A stretch of 64,000 bases of DNA from an uncultured Pseudomonas sp. (GCF_943846705.1 NZ_OX044366.1:1626996-1690995), one strand, 5' to 3'. Counted from the first letter of the stretch, positions 9,295 through 20,304 are shown. The notes: generated by a model from the letters alone, not told the origin. Numbers and translations are program-made.

Positions 9295-9521
9295 CGTTTA
9301 CTCATCCCTCGACACTTAATCATCAGCAGCAAGCCTATCAGAAGCACTGGCACGATTGCCCTAGTCGCCTGCTGATCCGTTCTAGATTGAGCTGTATAGC
9401 TGGGCCAGTAGAACTTTGCCGAGCGCCGCTAGACTAATGTGCTTAAGCAAATGGGCTGGATAAAACATCGTATTTCTCGATATTTCAAAGCGAAAAAATC
9501 CGCTTTTTGTCGATGGGTTTG

Positions 9522-9546
9522 TTGATAGTCTTGCTCGATTGATAGT
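9522..9546 (+). repeat. Direct repeat TTGATAGT-N9-TTGATAGT upstream of the cytochrome b561/yceI operon
   Basis: Two identical octamers at 9522-9529 and 9539-9546, 30-55 nt upstream of the ATG at 9576. Confidence 0.6.
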
Positions 9547-9575
9547 GCTAACCCTTATTTCTTGGAACGTTTGCA

Positions 9576-10121
9576 ATGCAATGGCGCAATAGCTCTTCTC
9601 ACTACGGCCTGGTCAGCATCCTGATGCACTGGCTGGTGGCCGTGGCCGTGTTCGGTTTGTTTGCCTTGGGTTACTGGATGGTCGGGTTGGACTATTACAG
9701 TGGCTGGTACAAGACTGCGCCGGACCTGCACAAGAGCATCGGCCTGCTGCTCTTTGCGCTGATGTTGGGGCGGGTGGTGTGGCGCTGGTTCAGCCCGCCA
9801 CCGGCCAGCTTGCCGAACCACGGACGGATCACTCGCCTGGCCAGCAAGTTAGGCCATAGCTTTCTGTACCTTGGGCTGTTTGTGCTGATGATCACCGGTT
9901 ATCTGATCTCCACTGCCGATGGCCGTGGTATCGAAGTGTTTGGTCTGTTCGAGGTGCCGGCGACCCTGACCAGCATCCCAGACCAGGAAGATATCGCCGG
10001 GCTGGTACATGAATACCTGGCCTGGGCGCTGGTGATTTTCGCCGGTATCCATGCATTGGCGGCGCTGAAGCACCACTTTATTGATCGCGACCGGACGCTT
10101 GTACGCATGTTCGGCCGCTAG
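9576..10121 (+). CDS. Cytochrome b561 family protein (CybB/YceJ-like)
   Basis: 181 aa with four predicted TM helices and the N-terminal HYG...LMHW His-ligand context. A yceI-like gene follows immediately, which is the usual pairing. Confidence 0.85.
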   Translation: MQWRNSSSHYGLVSILMHWLVAVAVFGLFALGYWMVGLDYYSGWYKTAPDLHKSIGLLLFALMLGRVVWRWFSPPPASLPNHGRITRLASKLGHSFLYLGLFVLMITGYLISTADGRGIEVFGLFEVPATLTSIPDQEDIAGLVHEYLAWALVIFAGIHALAALKHHFIDRDRTLVRMFGR

Positions 10122-10181
10122 TTGCGTTTGTTGTTTACGGGGCCGGGTTGGCCCCATCCCATACTCACAAGGAGCATGCCC

Positions 10182-10760
10182 ATGTTGAAGAAAACCCTCG
10201 TAGCCCTGGCATTTGGTGGCGCACTGATGGGTGCCGGTCAGGCGATGGCCGCCGATTACGCCATCGACAAGCAAGGCCAGCACGCCTTCGTCAACTTCAA
10301 GATCAGCCACCTGGGCTACAGCTGGCTGTATGGCACATTCAAGGATTTCGATGGCAGCTTCAGCTTTGATGCCGCCAAGCCGCAGGACAGCAAGGTCAAC
10401 GTCACGTTGAACACCAGCAGCGTTGACACCAACCATGCCGAGCGCGACAAGCACCTGCGCAGTGATGATTTCCTCAACGTCGGCGAGCACCCAACCGCGA
10501 CCTTCGCCTCGACGGCGGTAAAATCCACGGGTGAAGGCACTGCCGATATCACCGGTGACCTGACCCTCAATGGCGTGACCAAGCCAGTGGTGATTGCCGC
10601 CAAGTTCATCGGTGAAGGCAAGGACCCATGGGGCGGCTATCGCGCTGGTTTTGAGGGCAGCACCACATTGAAGCTGAAAGACTTCGACATCCAGAAAGAC
10701 CTCGGTCCGACTTCCCAGGAAGTTGAGCTGATCATCTCGGTTGAAGGTGTGCGCCAGTAA
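10182..10760 (+). CDS. YceI-like periplasmic polyisoprenoid/lipid-binding protein
   Basis: The ORF track starts at 10122, but AAGGAG at 10169-10174 fits the ATG at 10182. Signal peptide [23 protein letters not shown]. YceI-type blocks ([27 protein letters not shown]). Confidence 0.88.
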   Translation: MLKKTLVALAFGGALMGAGQAMAADYAIDKQGQHAFVNFKISHLGYSWLYGTFKDFDGSFSFDAAKPQDSKVNVTLNTSSVDTNHAERDKHLRSDDFLNVGEHPTATFASTAVKSTGEGTADITGDLTLNGVTKPVVIAAKFIGEGKDPWGGYRAGFEGSTTLKLKDFDIQKDLGPTSQEVELIISVEGVRQ

Positions 10761-10789
10761 GCCATCGCTGTTGCAGAGGTTGCAGTAAC

Positions 10790-10819
10790 AAAAACGCCGC
10801 CCCAGTGGGCGGCGTTTTT
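10790..10819 (+). terminator. Intrinsic terminator after the yceI-like gene
   Basis: AAAAACGCCGCCC-cagt-GGGCGGCGTTTTT: a 13-bp stem followed by a T-run. Confidence 0.88.
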
Positions 10820-10880
10820 GTTGTCTGTGCATATTCCGCGCTTTTCCAGGCAGCGGTTACTTCGCGGAGCTGTTAACTGC

Positions 10881-12935
10881 TCATCCGCTCACTGGGAGGT
10901 TTTTGATCAAAAGCTCCGCAGGCATAGGTTTGCCCAGTAAATAGCCCTGTAACGTATGGCAGCCCAGGCGAGTCAGCAGCGCCTGCTGCTCGGCGGTCTC
11001 CACGCCCTCGGCGACAATCTTCATCCCGAGCGTTTGGCCCAGTGCGACTATCGCCGAGACGATCGCTGCGTCGTCATTGTCCTTGGTGAGTTCGGTGACG
11101 AAGCCGCGGTCGATTTTCAACTCATTGGCGGGCAAGCGTTTTAGGTAAAGCAGGCTGGAGTAGCCCGTGCCGAAGTCGTCAATGGAAATACCGAGCCCCA
11201 GTTCTGACAGGCGTTGCAGGATCACCAGACTGCTCTCGGCATCGCGCATGGCAGTTGACTCTGTGATCTCAAGCGTCAGGTGGCGGGCATCAAGTGAGTG
11301 GCGCTGCAGAGCTTCGCGTACAACATTCACCAGGCTTGCATGGCCCAGTTGAACGGTGGACAGATTGACGGCAATGCTCCAGTTCTCATGACCTGCGTCG
11401 TGCCACGCGCGGAGTTGTCGGCAGGCCTCGTTGATGACCCAGTTGCCAATGGGAATAATCAAGCCGGATCGTTCCGCGAGGGGGAGAAAGCGATCCGGCG
11501 GAACCAGGCCCAGCACCGGATTCTGCCAACGCAACAAGGCCTCGACGCCAATCATCGGCCCGTTGGGCGCGAGCATTTTGGGTTGGTAGTGTAGGGTGAA
11601 TTCGCCCTGATTCAGCGCCTTGTGCAGGTCTTGTTGCAGTTGCATCTGCTGATGGGCGTTGGTGTTCATTGTGCTTTCAAAGAACGCATAGCCATTACGC
11701 CCCAGTTCCTTGGCGTGATACATCGCGGCATCTGCATTGACCATAAGCTCGTGCGCGGTAAGCCCATCATTAGGGTACAGCGCGATACCCACACTCGCGG
11801 ATACATGCATGTTATTGCCGGCGATAGCGTAGCTTTTACCAATGCTGTCGATTAACCGTTGCGCCAGCACCGCGGCGTCCACGGGTTCGCCTGGATCAAT
11901 CAGCAGGACAAATTCGTCACCACCCAAGCGGGCGACGGTGTCCTCGTTGCGCTTGGTATTTAATATCCGTTGCGACACTTCGATCAGGAGCAGGTCGCCG
12001 GTGTGGTGCCCATACACATCGTTGATGGTTTTAAACCCATCCAGATCCATAAAGAGCACAGCAAATTGGCGCTTCTCGCGCGCGGATTTATAAATCGCCT
12101 GCTCCAGTCGGTCATCGAAAAGGACGCGGTTAGGTAGCTTGGTCAAGCTATCGCGTAAGGCAAGCTGAAGCAGTTCGCTGTTCGCCTGATCGAGTGAGGT
12201 TGCTATCACGCGGGTGCGTACATCCAGCATGGAAACAATTAAGGCAATGGCGAAAACCGCCAGGCTCACGACAATCACCAATACCGCCAGCCACTTGGTG
12301 TCGATGCCGCTGTTGGCAGCCCCACAGAAGCTGCCTTCAGGAAACTGCGCAGCCGCCATTCCGGTGTAATGCATGCCGACGATGGCGCAGTCCATTACGA
12401 GCGATGCTCCGATGCGGGCGTAGGTCGCGTTTTTTGAGCCGCCGCGCAGGCGGAAGGCGAGCCACAGCGCCGCACCTGATGCAAGAATTGCGATGACAAC
12501 GGACAGGGCAACTACCCAGGGAATGTAGATGACGCTAGGTGTCATCAGCATGGCCGCCATGCCGGTGTAGTGCATGGCGGCAATCCCGGAGCCCATCAGC
12601 AGGCCACCCAGGCCCAGTCGCATCCACGGTAGATCCTTCTGACACACTAGCCAAAGGGCAAAGGCTGAAGACGCGATGGCCATTAACAGTGAAAGCAGGG
12701 TGAGCGGTATGTCATAGCCCAGTGGAATGGGAAGGTTGAAGGCAAGCATGCCAATAAAGTGCATCGACCAGATGCCGAAGCCCATAGCGAATGATCCGCC
12801 AGTCAGCCATAGCGCGGATGCTCTTCCCGTCGACTCGGATACGCGACTCGCCATGTTCAGTGCTGTGTAGGAGGCGAGAATAGCCACAATCAGTGAGGAT
12901 GTTACGAGTACGCTGCTATAACTGCTGAGAAGCAT
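10881..12935 (-). CDS. MHYT-domain sensor fused to GGDEF diguanylate cyclase and EAL phosphodiesterase domains
   Basis: ORF-track start 13043 trimmed to ATG 12935 (684 aa). Three MHYT motifs lie in the TM region (MHFIGM, MHYTGM x2). GGDEF (RLGGDEFVLL) and EAL (GVEALLRW, DDFGTGYSSL) are intact. Confidence 0.9.
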   Translation of the reverse strand: MLLSSYSSVLVTSSLIVAILASYTALNMASRVSESTGRASALWLTGGSFAMGFGIWSMHFIGMLAFNLPIPLGYDIPLTLLSLLMAIASSAFALWLVCQKDLPWMRLGLGGLLMGSGIAAMHYTGMAAMLMTPSVIYIPWVVALSVVIAILASGAALWLAFRLRGGSKNATYARIGASLVMDCAIVGMHYTGMAAAQFPEGSFCGAANSGIDTKWLAVLVIVVSLAVFAIALIVSMLDVRTRVIATSLDQANSELLQLALRDSLTKLPNRVLFDDRLEQAIYKSAREKRQFAVLFMDLDGFKTINDVYGHHTGDLLLIEVSQRILNTKRNEDTVARLGGDEFVLLIDPGEPVDAAVLAQRLIDSIGKSYAIAGNNMHVSASVGIALYPNDGLTAHELMVNADAAMYHAKELGRNGYAFFESTMNTNAHQQMQLQQDLHKALNQGEFTLHYQPKMLAPNGPMIGVEALLRWQNPVLGLVPPDRFLPLAERSGLIIPIGNWVINEACRQLRAWHDAGHENWSIAVNLSTVQLGHASLVNVVREALQRHSLDARHLTLEITESTAMRDAESSLVILQRLSELGLGISIDDFGTGYSSLLYLKRLPANELKIDRGFVTELTKDNDDAAIVSAIVALGQTLGMKIVAEGVETAEQQALLTRLGCHTLQGYLLGKPMPAELLIKNLPVSG

Positions 12936-13209
12936 GAAACCTACCTTTGTACGGGCTCGGTGCTGTTTGGGGTGGATGTTAGGGGGGGGCACTATAACGC
13001 CATGCATAAGCAGAGAAACGCTGTTATTGCCTGCCGGGTGCATTCAGCTTGCGAGCTCGGCGCATGACTAGAAACCAGCTGTGCCCTGTGGGCCGCGACT
13101 CGTCGGAGCGAGCCCGCTCTTCCTGAGACGTGCGTTTGCGCTTAGTTCTTTATGGCGCTGTAGGTGGTGCCTTAAGCCTAAGCAGGAAAGATGGTGCTCA
13201 TCAGGAGCA

Positions 13210-13236
13210 AAAACGCCGCCCAATGGGCGGCGTTTT
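13210..13236 (-). terminator. Intrinsic terminator of rhlE (usable in both directions)
   Basis: AAAACGCCGCCC-aat-GGGCGGCGTTTT. On the minus strand the stem is followed by TTTTT. It is near-identical to the hairpin at 10790. Confidence 0.85.
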
Positions 13237-13253
13237 CGTGTGCGGCTAGCTGA

Positions 13254-15119
13254 CTATGACTCTTCGCGGTTACGCGTCAGCAGGGCCGGCTTTTCGCCAC
13301 GCGGGCGTGCGCTCGCCAGCTCGTCTAGCTGCTCGGCCGTCGGCAGACGATCCAGACGTGAGCCTTTGTGCACGATCACCGGCTGCTTGTCGCGCGGGCT
13401 TTTCACGGCCGCTTCCGCGCGTGGCAGCTCATCGCGGTTCAGCGAGGTGGTACGGGTGTCGCGTGGCGGCCGTGCACGGCCGGAGCCATTACGACCTTGA
13501 CCACCTGAACCCGCGCCCTGGCGACGGCCTTGCGCGCCAGCGCCCGCATTTGCCCCGCCGCCATTGCTGCGTGGCTTATTGGCTGGGCGAGCACCTTGAC
13601 CGACACCATTGCTGGCGCTCGGACCGGAAGCAGGCGCACCGGGCCGACGGCCACGGTTCTGCTGCTTGTTCTGGTTCGGGCTTACATAGTCGGCACGGTT
13701 GCCGAAATTATCGATTTCATCATCGCGGAATTCGTCCGGCGCACGGTCTGGAGGCAGTGTGGGCACGGCCGGCGTGCTCGCACGGGGCGCTGACGGGCTG
13801 CGTGGCTGTTGGCTGCGGCCGCCCTGGGGCTTGCTGCGGCTGTTGTCACGGCTGCTGTCCTTGCCTTTGTCTTTACGCCCGCCGCCATGGCGTTCGCCTT
13901 CTGGCTTGGCCCCGCGTGGTTGGCGTGGCTTCTGCGGCTCACGCACTTCCGGGCGCTCGGCCTCAACGGTGCTGGCATCAAAACCGAGCAGGTCGCCGTC
14001 GGCGATTTTCTGCTTGGTCATGCGCTCAATGCCTTTGAGCAGCTTTTCTTCATCCGGGGCGACCATGGAGATGGCCTCGCCACTGCGTCCGGCACGGCCG
14101 GTGCGGCCAATGCGGTGCACATAGTCTTCTTCGATATTCGGCAGCTCGAAGTTGACCACATGCGGCAGCTGGTCGATATCCAGACCGCGCGCGGCGATAT
14201 CGGTGGCGACCAGAATGCGCACCTTGTTCGCTTTGAAGTCAGCCAGGGCTTTGGTGCGCGCGTTCTGGCTCTTGTTGCCGTGAATCGCTACGGCCGGCAG
14301 GTTGTGTTTGTCGAGGTATTCGGCCAGACGGTTGGCACCGTGCTTGGTGCGGGTGAATACCAGCACCTGTTCCCAAGCACCGGCGGTAACCAGGTGGGCG
14401 AGCAGGGCGCGCTTGTGGCTGGCCTGGACGCGGAATACGCGCTGCTCGATACGCTCGACCGTGGTGTTCGGCGGCGTGACTTCGATGCGTTCCGGGTTGT
14501 GCAGCAGCTTGCCGGCCAGGTCGGTGATGTCCTTCGAGAAGGTCGCCGAAAACAGCAGGTTCTGGCGCTTGGTCGGCAGCTTGGCGAGGACCTTTTTCAC
14601 GTCATGGATAAAGCCCATGTCGAGCATGCGGTCGGCTTCGTCGAGCACGAGGATTTCCACGTGCGACAGGTCGATGGCGCGCTGGTTAGCCAGGTCGAGC
14701 AGGCGTCCGGGGCAAGCCACCAGTACGTCGACGCCTTTGGCCAGGGCCTGGACCTGCGGGTTCATGCCAACGCCGCCGAAGATGCAGGCGCTGACGAATT
14801 TCAAATCACGGGCATACAGCTTGAAGCTGTCATGCACCTGAGCGGCCAGTTCGCGGGTCGGTGTCAGCACCAGCACGCGCGGTTGTTTCGGGCCGTGTCG
14901 CTGTTCGCGATCCGGGTGACCGTTGGGGAACAGTCGTTCGAGGATCGGCAGGGCAAAACCGCCTGTCTTACCTGTACCCGTCTGGGCGGCAACCATCAGG
15001 TCGCGACCTTGCAACGCGGCGGGGATGGCCCGCTGTTGCACCGGAGTGGGTTGGGTGTAGCCGGCGGATTCGACCGCACGGACTAAAGCCTCGGAGAGAC
15101 CGAGGGAGGCAAAGGACAT
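13254..15119 (-). CDS. rhlE: DEAD-box ATP-dependent RNA helicase, RhlE family, with a long low-complexity C-terminal extension
   Basis: 621 aa with the motifs [28 protein letters not shown] and [10 protein letters not shown]. The last ~240 aa are Arg/Gly/Pro/Ser/Asn-rich. Confidence 0.93.
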   Translation of the reverse strand: MSFASLGLSEALVRAVESAGYTQPTPVQQRAIPAALQGRDLMVAAQTGTGKTGGFALPILERLFPNGHPDREQRHGPKQPRVLVLTPTRELAAQVHDSFKLYARDLKFVSACIFGGVGMNPQVQALAKGVDVLVACPGRLLDLANQRAIDLSHVEILVLDEADRMLDMGFIHDVKKVLAKLPTKRQNLLFSATFSKDITDLAGKLLHNPERIEVTPPNTTVERIEQRVFRVQASHKRALLAHLVTAGAWEQVLVFTRTKHGANRLAEYLDKHNLPAVAIHGNKSQNARTKALADFKANKVRILVATDIAARGLDIDQLPHVVNFELPNIEEDYVHRIGRTGRAGRSGEAISMVAPDEEKLLKGIERMTKQKIADGDLLGFDASTVEAERPEVREPQKPRQPRGAKPEGERHGGGRKDKGKDSSRDNSRSKPQGGRSQQPRSPSAPRASTPAVPTLPPDRAPDEFRDDEIDNFGNRADYVSPNQNKQQNRGRRPGAPASGPSASNGVGQGARPANKPRSNGGGANAGAGAQGRRQGAGSGGQGRNGSGRARPPRDTRTTSLNRDELPRAEAAVKSPRDKQPVIVHKGSRLDRLPTAEQLDELASARPRGEKPALLTRNREES

Positions 15120-15296
15120 GTGTAATCCTGTCTAGTGAGGGCGTTGCCCTATGGGGTGTATTGCCTGGCTTGAATCACGCTTGGGGGGCGTAATCCCGTC
15201 CGGTACTACTGGCCTCTGGGGGCTAGCATCCGGGCGCAAGCCTGGCGGGAAGGCCCGAGTATAACAGAGCTGGGTTGATCTGCAGCATTGGCCTGC

Positions 15297-16076
15297 TTAA
15301 CGGGCGGTGGCGCTGCCAGTCGCGTGAGTCATTGCGCGTGGTTCATAGCGGGCGCTGAGGGTGGCATAGGCCGGCTCACGTTTAAAGCGGCGCAGTTCGT
15401 TGCTGAAGCGCTGGGCGAGCGTTTCCAGGCCGGCGCTGCGGCGTAGGCCCAGATACAGCTGGTCGCGGCTAATCACCTGAGGGTGGTGGCTAATGTCAGC
15501 CTGGATGCCCATCTGCTTGATAAGGAAGGTGCCGCCGCGCCTGTCGTTGATCACCAGGTCGACACGGTCGCGCAACAGCTTGCCGAGGTTGGCGCTATGG
15601 CTGGGGGCGGCTTCGCGGGTGAATAGGGTGGAGTCGCGAAACTGCCGGTTGGCATACCAGTAACCGGCGGATACCCCGACTTTCAGGCCTCGCAGGTCTG
15701 GTAACTGGCGAAATGGGTAAGGCCTGGCGTTAGCGTAGAACAGCACGAACTCGATCTGCGACATGGGCTCGTCGGGGTAGATCATGCTGACTTCGCGTTC
15801 GGGGGTGCGGAATATATCCAGAATGGCGTCGGCCTGCCCTAGTTCAATCGCCATTAGGCAACGTTTCCATGGCAGGAGTTGCCATTCGACCTCTACGCCC
15901 AGGCGTTGCAGGACGATTTGGGCCGCCTCGTAGTCGCGGCCTTTTAGCGTGTCTTGTTCTTCATAAATGTAGGGAGCCCAGCTTTCACTGACGATACGCA
16001 GCGTCTGGGCTTGAGCGCAGAGGCTCAGGCCCAGCAGGCATAGTGCGGCGATGATCGGTTGTAGGAAGGCTGGCAT
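15297..16076 (-). CDS. Periplasmic solute-binding protein (family 3 / PBP2-like), orphan
   Basis: 259 aa. Signal peptide ending LCAQA and an SBP_bac_3-like sequence. There are no adjacent permease or ATPase genes. Confidence 0.75.
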   Translation of the reverse strand: MPAFLQPIIAALCLLGLSLCAQAQTLRIVSESWAPYIYEEQDTLKGRDYEAAQIVLQRLGVEVEWQLLPWKRCLMAIELGQADAILDIFRTPEREVSMIYPDEPMSQIEFVLFYANARPYPFRQLPDLRGLKVGVSAGYWYANRQFRDSTLFTREAAPSHSANLGKLLRDRVDLVINDRRGGTFLIKQMGIQADISHHPQVISRDQLYLGLRRSAGLETLAQRFSNELRRFKREPAYATLSARYEPRAMTHATGSATAR

Positions 16077-16167
16077 AGGGCCAGAGTATCGACTTGGCTC
16101 GACTCTGAGTAGAGGGCTTGGCCGAATGATTGTTCTTCAGGTGATAGTCGCCAACGCGTTTTTCGGT

Positions 16168-16206
16168 TCAGCATGGGCAGCGCCTTGCCAGGGCTGCCCA
16201 TGCTGA
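16168..16206. other. Perfect 14-bp stem-loop just downstream of ppnN (terminator-like, no U-run)
   Basis: TCAGCATGGGCAGC-gccttgccagg-GCTGCCCATGCTGA, 29 nt beyond the ppnN stop. Confidence 0.5.
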
Positions 16207-16234
16207 GCTATTGCGCAATCCGCTGGGCGGGCGG

Positions 16235-17608
16235 CTACTGGGTCAGCTGGTAGCAGGGTACATAGGCCGTGTTGCCTGGCAGCTTCATCCGGTGTTGGTC
16301 AACGAAGGACTGCAGCAGCTTATCGAGCTGGCGCATGATGTCGCGGTCGCCGGTGATTGTGTAAGGGCCATGTTGCTCAATCAGGCGGATGCCCTTGTCC
16401 TTGACGTTGCCCGCGACAATCCCGGAAAACGCTCGGCGCAGGTTGGCCGCCAGTTCGTGTGCAGGCTGCTCGCGCGACAGCTCGAGGCTGGCCATGTTGG
16501 CGTGCGTTGGCTCGAAGGGGTGCTGGAAGCTTTCGTCGATCTTCAGCAGCCAGTTGAAGTGGAACGCATCGTTATGTTCACGGCGGAACTGCCTGACTGC
16601 GGTGATTCCTTCGGCCATTTCCCGGGCGACCTGTGCCGGGTTGTTGATGATGATGCTGTAACGCTGCTGCGCGGCCTCACCCAGGGTCGCCCCGATAAAC
16701 TCGTGCAACTGCTCAAAGTAGGCGGCAGCGCTGCTTGGCCCGGTCATGATCAGCGGGAACGGGATGTTCTGGTTATCTGGGTGCATGAGGATGCCGAGGA
16801 GATACAGCAGTTCCTCGGCCGTGCCGGCACCGCCGGGGAAAATGATGATGCCGTGGCCGACGCGTACGAAGGCTTCCAGGCGCTTCTCGATATCCGGCAG
16901 GATCACCAGCTCATTGACGATCGGGTTAGGTGCTTCGGCGGCGATGATGCCCGGCTCGGTGAGGCCGAGGTAGCGGCCATGCACGTTGCGCTGTTTGGCG
17001 TGGGAGATGGTCGCGCCTTTCATCGGCCCCTTCATCACGCCGGGGCCGCAGCCGGTGCAGATATCCAGCCCGCGCAGGCCCAGCTCGTGGCCGGTTTTCT
17101 TGGTGTACTTGTATTCTTCAGTGCTGATCGAGTGGCCACCCCAGCACACCACGATCTTCGGCTCGGCGCCGGCGCGCAGGGTGTGGGCGTTGCGCAGCAG
17201 GTGAAAGACGTAGTCGGTGATGCCTTGCGAGCTGTTGAAGTCGACCCGCTTGTTCTCCAGCTCGCTCTGCGTATAGACGATGTCGCGCAGGGCGCTGAAC
17301 AGCATTTCACGGGTGCTGGCGATCATCTCGCCATCGACGAAGGCGTCGGCCGGGGCGTTGAACAGCTCCAGGCGGATGCCGCGGTCTTGTTGCAGGATGC
17401 GGATTTCGAAGTCCGGGTAGGCTTCCAGAATGGTCTTGGCGTTATCGCTGTGCGAACCGGTGTTGAGGATCGCCAGCGCGCACTGGCGGAACAGCGCATA
17501 GACGCCGCCGGAACCGGTTTCGCGCAGCTGCTGTACTTCGCGCTGCGAGAGGGTTTCCAGGCTGCCTTTGGGGGATACGGAGGCATTGATTGTTTTTCGT
17601 GCGGCCAT
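16235..17608 (-). CDS. ppnN: Pyrimidine/purine nucleotide 5'-monophosphate nucleosidase (LOG-family, PpnN/YgdH)
   Basis: ORF-track start trimmed to ATG 17608 (GGAG 7 nt upstream; 457 aa). It is collinear with E. coli PpnN as I remember it (CTGCGPGVMKGPMKGA, PGGAGTAEEL LOG motif, C-terminal HRMKLPG). Confidence 0.88.
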   Translation of the reverse strand: MAARKTINASVSPKGSLETLSQREVQQLRETGSGGVYALFRQCALAILNTGSHSDNAKTILEAYPDFEIRILQQDRGIRLELFNAPADAFVDGEMIASTREMLFSALRDIVYTQSELENKRVDFNSSQGITDYVFHLLRNAHTLRAGAEPKIVVCWGGHSISTEEYKYTKKTGHELGLRGLDICTGCGPGVMKGPMKGATISHAKQRNVHGRYLGLTEPGIIAAEAPNPIVNELVILPDIEKRLEAFVRVGHGIIIFPGGAGTAEELLYLLGILMHPDNQNIPFPLIMTGPSSAAAYFEQLHEFIGATLGEAAQQRYSIIINNPAQVAREMAEGITAVRQFRREHNDAFHFNWLLKIDESFQHPFEPTHANMASLELSREQPAHELAANLRRAFSGIVAGNVKDKGIRLIEQHGPYTITGDRDIMRQLDKLLQSFVDQHRMKLPGNTAYVPCYQLTQ

Positions 17609-17769
17609 TGCGGCGCTCCATGGTTGTGAACCGCCTAAGCCCTGCATGGCTAGACGCTTGCTGAAAGTAGGGTCGCGGCTGAATGCCTTGGCCTGTGCGT
17701 TGAGCGTGCCGTGCGTTGCAAAAGGCTACCGCGGTTTGCCGGGTGCGTGGGGAAAAGACTGCGGTGCAA

Positions 17770-17789
17770 GTAGGGTGGGGCATGCCCCA
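17770..17789. repeat. Single REP-like unit (GTAGGGTGGGGCATGCCCCA)
   Basis: GTAGGG head plus the 14-nt perfect palindrome TGGGGCATGCCCCA, in the ppnN/metF intergenic region. Confidence 0.55.
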
Positions 17790-17848
17790 GGGCCGGAAAA
17801 GCCATCGGCACCCGCAAGACGCAGGCACCGATGCGACTGCCGTTCAGC

Positions 17849-18694
17849 TTAGCGTGGCAGCTTAAGGTTGTTCCAAATCGCCAGGCTCGGCTCGGCCTGG
17901 TTCATGCTGTAGAAGTGCAGGCCCGGTGCGCCGCCTTGCAGCAGGCGTTCGCACATTTCGCTAATGACCTGTTCGCCATAGGCCTGGATGCTGCCGGTGT
18001 CATCGCCGTAGGCTTCCAGTTGCTTGCGCACCCAGCGTGGAATCTCCGCACCGCAGGCGTCAGAGAAACGCGCCAGCTTGCTGTAGTTGGTGATCGGCAT
18101 GATGCCCGGGACCACTGGGATGTCGACGCCGAGTTTCTGCACGCGCTCGACGAAGTAGAAGTAGCTGTCGGCGTTGAAGAAATACTGGGTGATCGCGCTG
18201 TCGGCACCGGCCTTGGCCTTGCGCACGAAGTTGGCGATATCGTCTTCGAAGTTGCGCGCTTGCGGGTGCATTTCTGGGTAGGCCGCAACTTCGATATGAA
18301 AGTGGTCGCCGGTTTCTTCACGGATGAACTCGACCAGGTCGCAGGCATAACGTAACTCGCCGCTGCTCATGCCCATGCCGGATGGCAGGTCGCCGCGCAG
18401 GGCGACAATGCGCTTGATCCCGGCGTTTTTGTACAGGCCGAGCAAGTCACGCAGCTCGGCTTTGCTGTCACCGACGCAGGACAGGTGCGGCGCGGTCGGC
18501 ACTTTGATCTCGCCATCGAGTTGCAGCACGGTGTTCAGGGTGCGGTCACGGGTGGAGCCACCGGCACCGTAGGTGCAGGAGAAAAAATCTGGGTTGTAGG
18601 TCGCCAGCTGGCGCGCCACATTCATCAGCTTTTCGTGCCCGGCTTCGGTCTTGGTAGGGAAGAACTCGAAGCTGTAACGGCGTTCTTGAGACAT
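17849..18694 (-). CDS. metF: 5,10-methylenetetrahydrofolate reductase
   Basis: 281 aa. FEFFPTKT N-terminus and MetF-type sequence throughout. It lies downstream of ahcY on the same strand. Confidence 0.93.
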   Translation of the reverse strand: MSQERRYSFEFFPTKTEAGHEKLMNVARQLATYNPDFFSCTYGAGGSTRDRTLNTVLQLDGEIKVPTAPHLSCVGDSKAELRDLLGLYKNAGIKRIVALRGDLPSGMGMSSGELRYACDLVEFIREETGDHFHIEVAAYPEMHPQARNFEDDIANFVRKAKAGADSAITQYFFNADSYFYFVERVQKLGVDIPVVPGIMPITNYSKLARFSDACGAEIPRWVRKQLEAYGDDTGSIQAYGEQVISEMCERLLQGGAPGLHFYSMNQAEPSLAIWNNLKLPR

Positions 18695-18705
18695 AAGAAA
18701 ATTCC

Positions 18706-18789
18706 GTAGGGCGGGTTAGCCGCAGGCGTAACCCTCCATAGGTTGATCGGGCCGGTGGGTTAAGCCGCTGCGCGACTAACCCACTCTAC
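18706..18789. repeat. Inverted REP doublet between ahcY and metF
   Basis: GTAGGGCGGGTTAgccgcaggcgTAACCCTCC ... GGTGGGTTAagccgctgcgcgacTAACCCACTCTAC. Two hairpin units in opposite orientation. Confidence 0.8.
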
Positions 18790-18797
18790 GCTTGTGC

Positions 18798-20304
<1,507 letters not shown>

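Noticed and set aside
9348-9359. TGGCAC...TTGC resembling a sigma54 (-24/-12) promoter in the bioA/cytochrome b561 intergenic region.
   Set aside because: The GG and GC elements are about 3 nt closer together than in the TGGCAC-N5-TTGC consensus, so the spacing is incompatible with RpoN recognition.
9487-9506. AAAGCG-aaaaaatc-CGCTTT hairpin followed by a T-run, a possible orphan terminator or sRNA end upstream of the cytochrome b561 gene.
   Set aside because: The stem is only 6 bp and half of it is A-T pairs, so it is too weak to call. I could support neither a convincing upstream promoter nor conservation.
10881-13253. Whether the MHYT-GGDEF-EAL locus is a genomic island or mobile element.
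   Set aside because: It has no integrase, transposase, tRNA target or flanking direct repeats other than the two terminator hairpins, and it carries a single cargo gene. I treat it as a variable chromosomal slot, not as a mobile element.
13081-13500. 139-aa plus-strand ORF spanning the MHYT-gene promoter region and the rhlE 3' end.
   Set aside because: It starts in intergenic REP-like sequence, runs through the rhlE terminator and continues antisense to the rhlE low-complexity tail. It has Arg/Ser-rich composition and no motifs.
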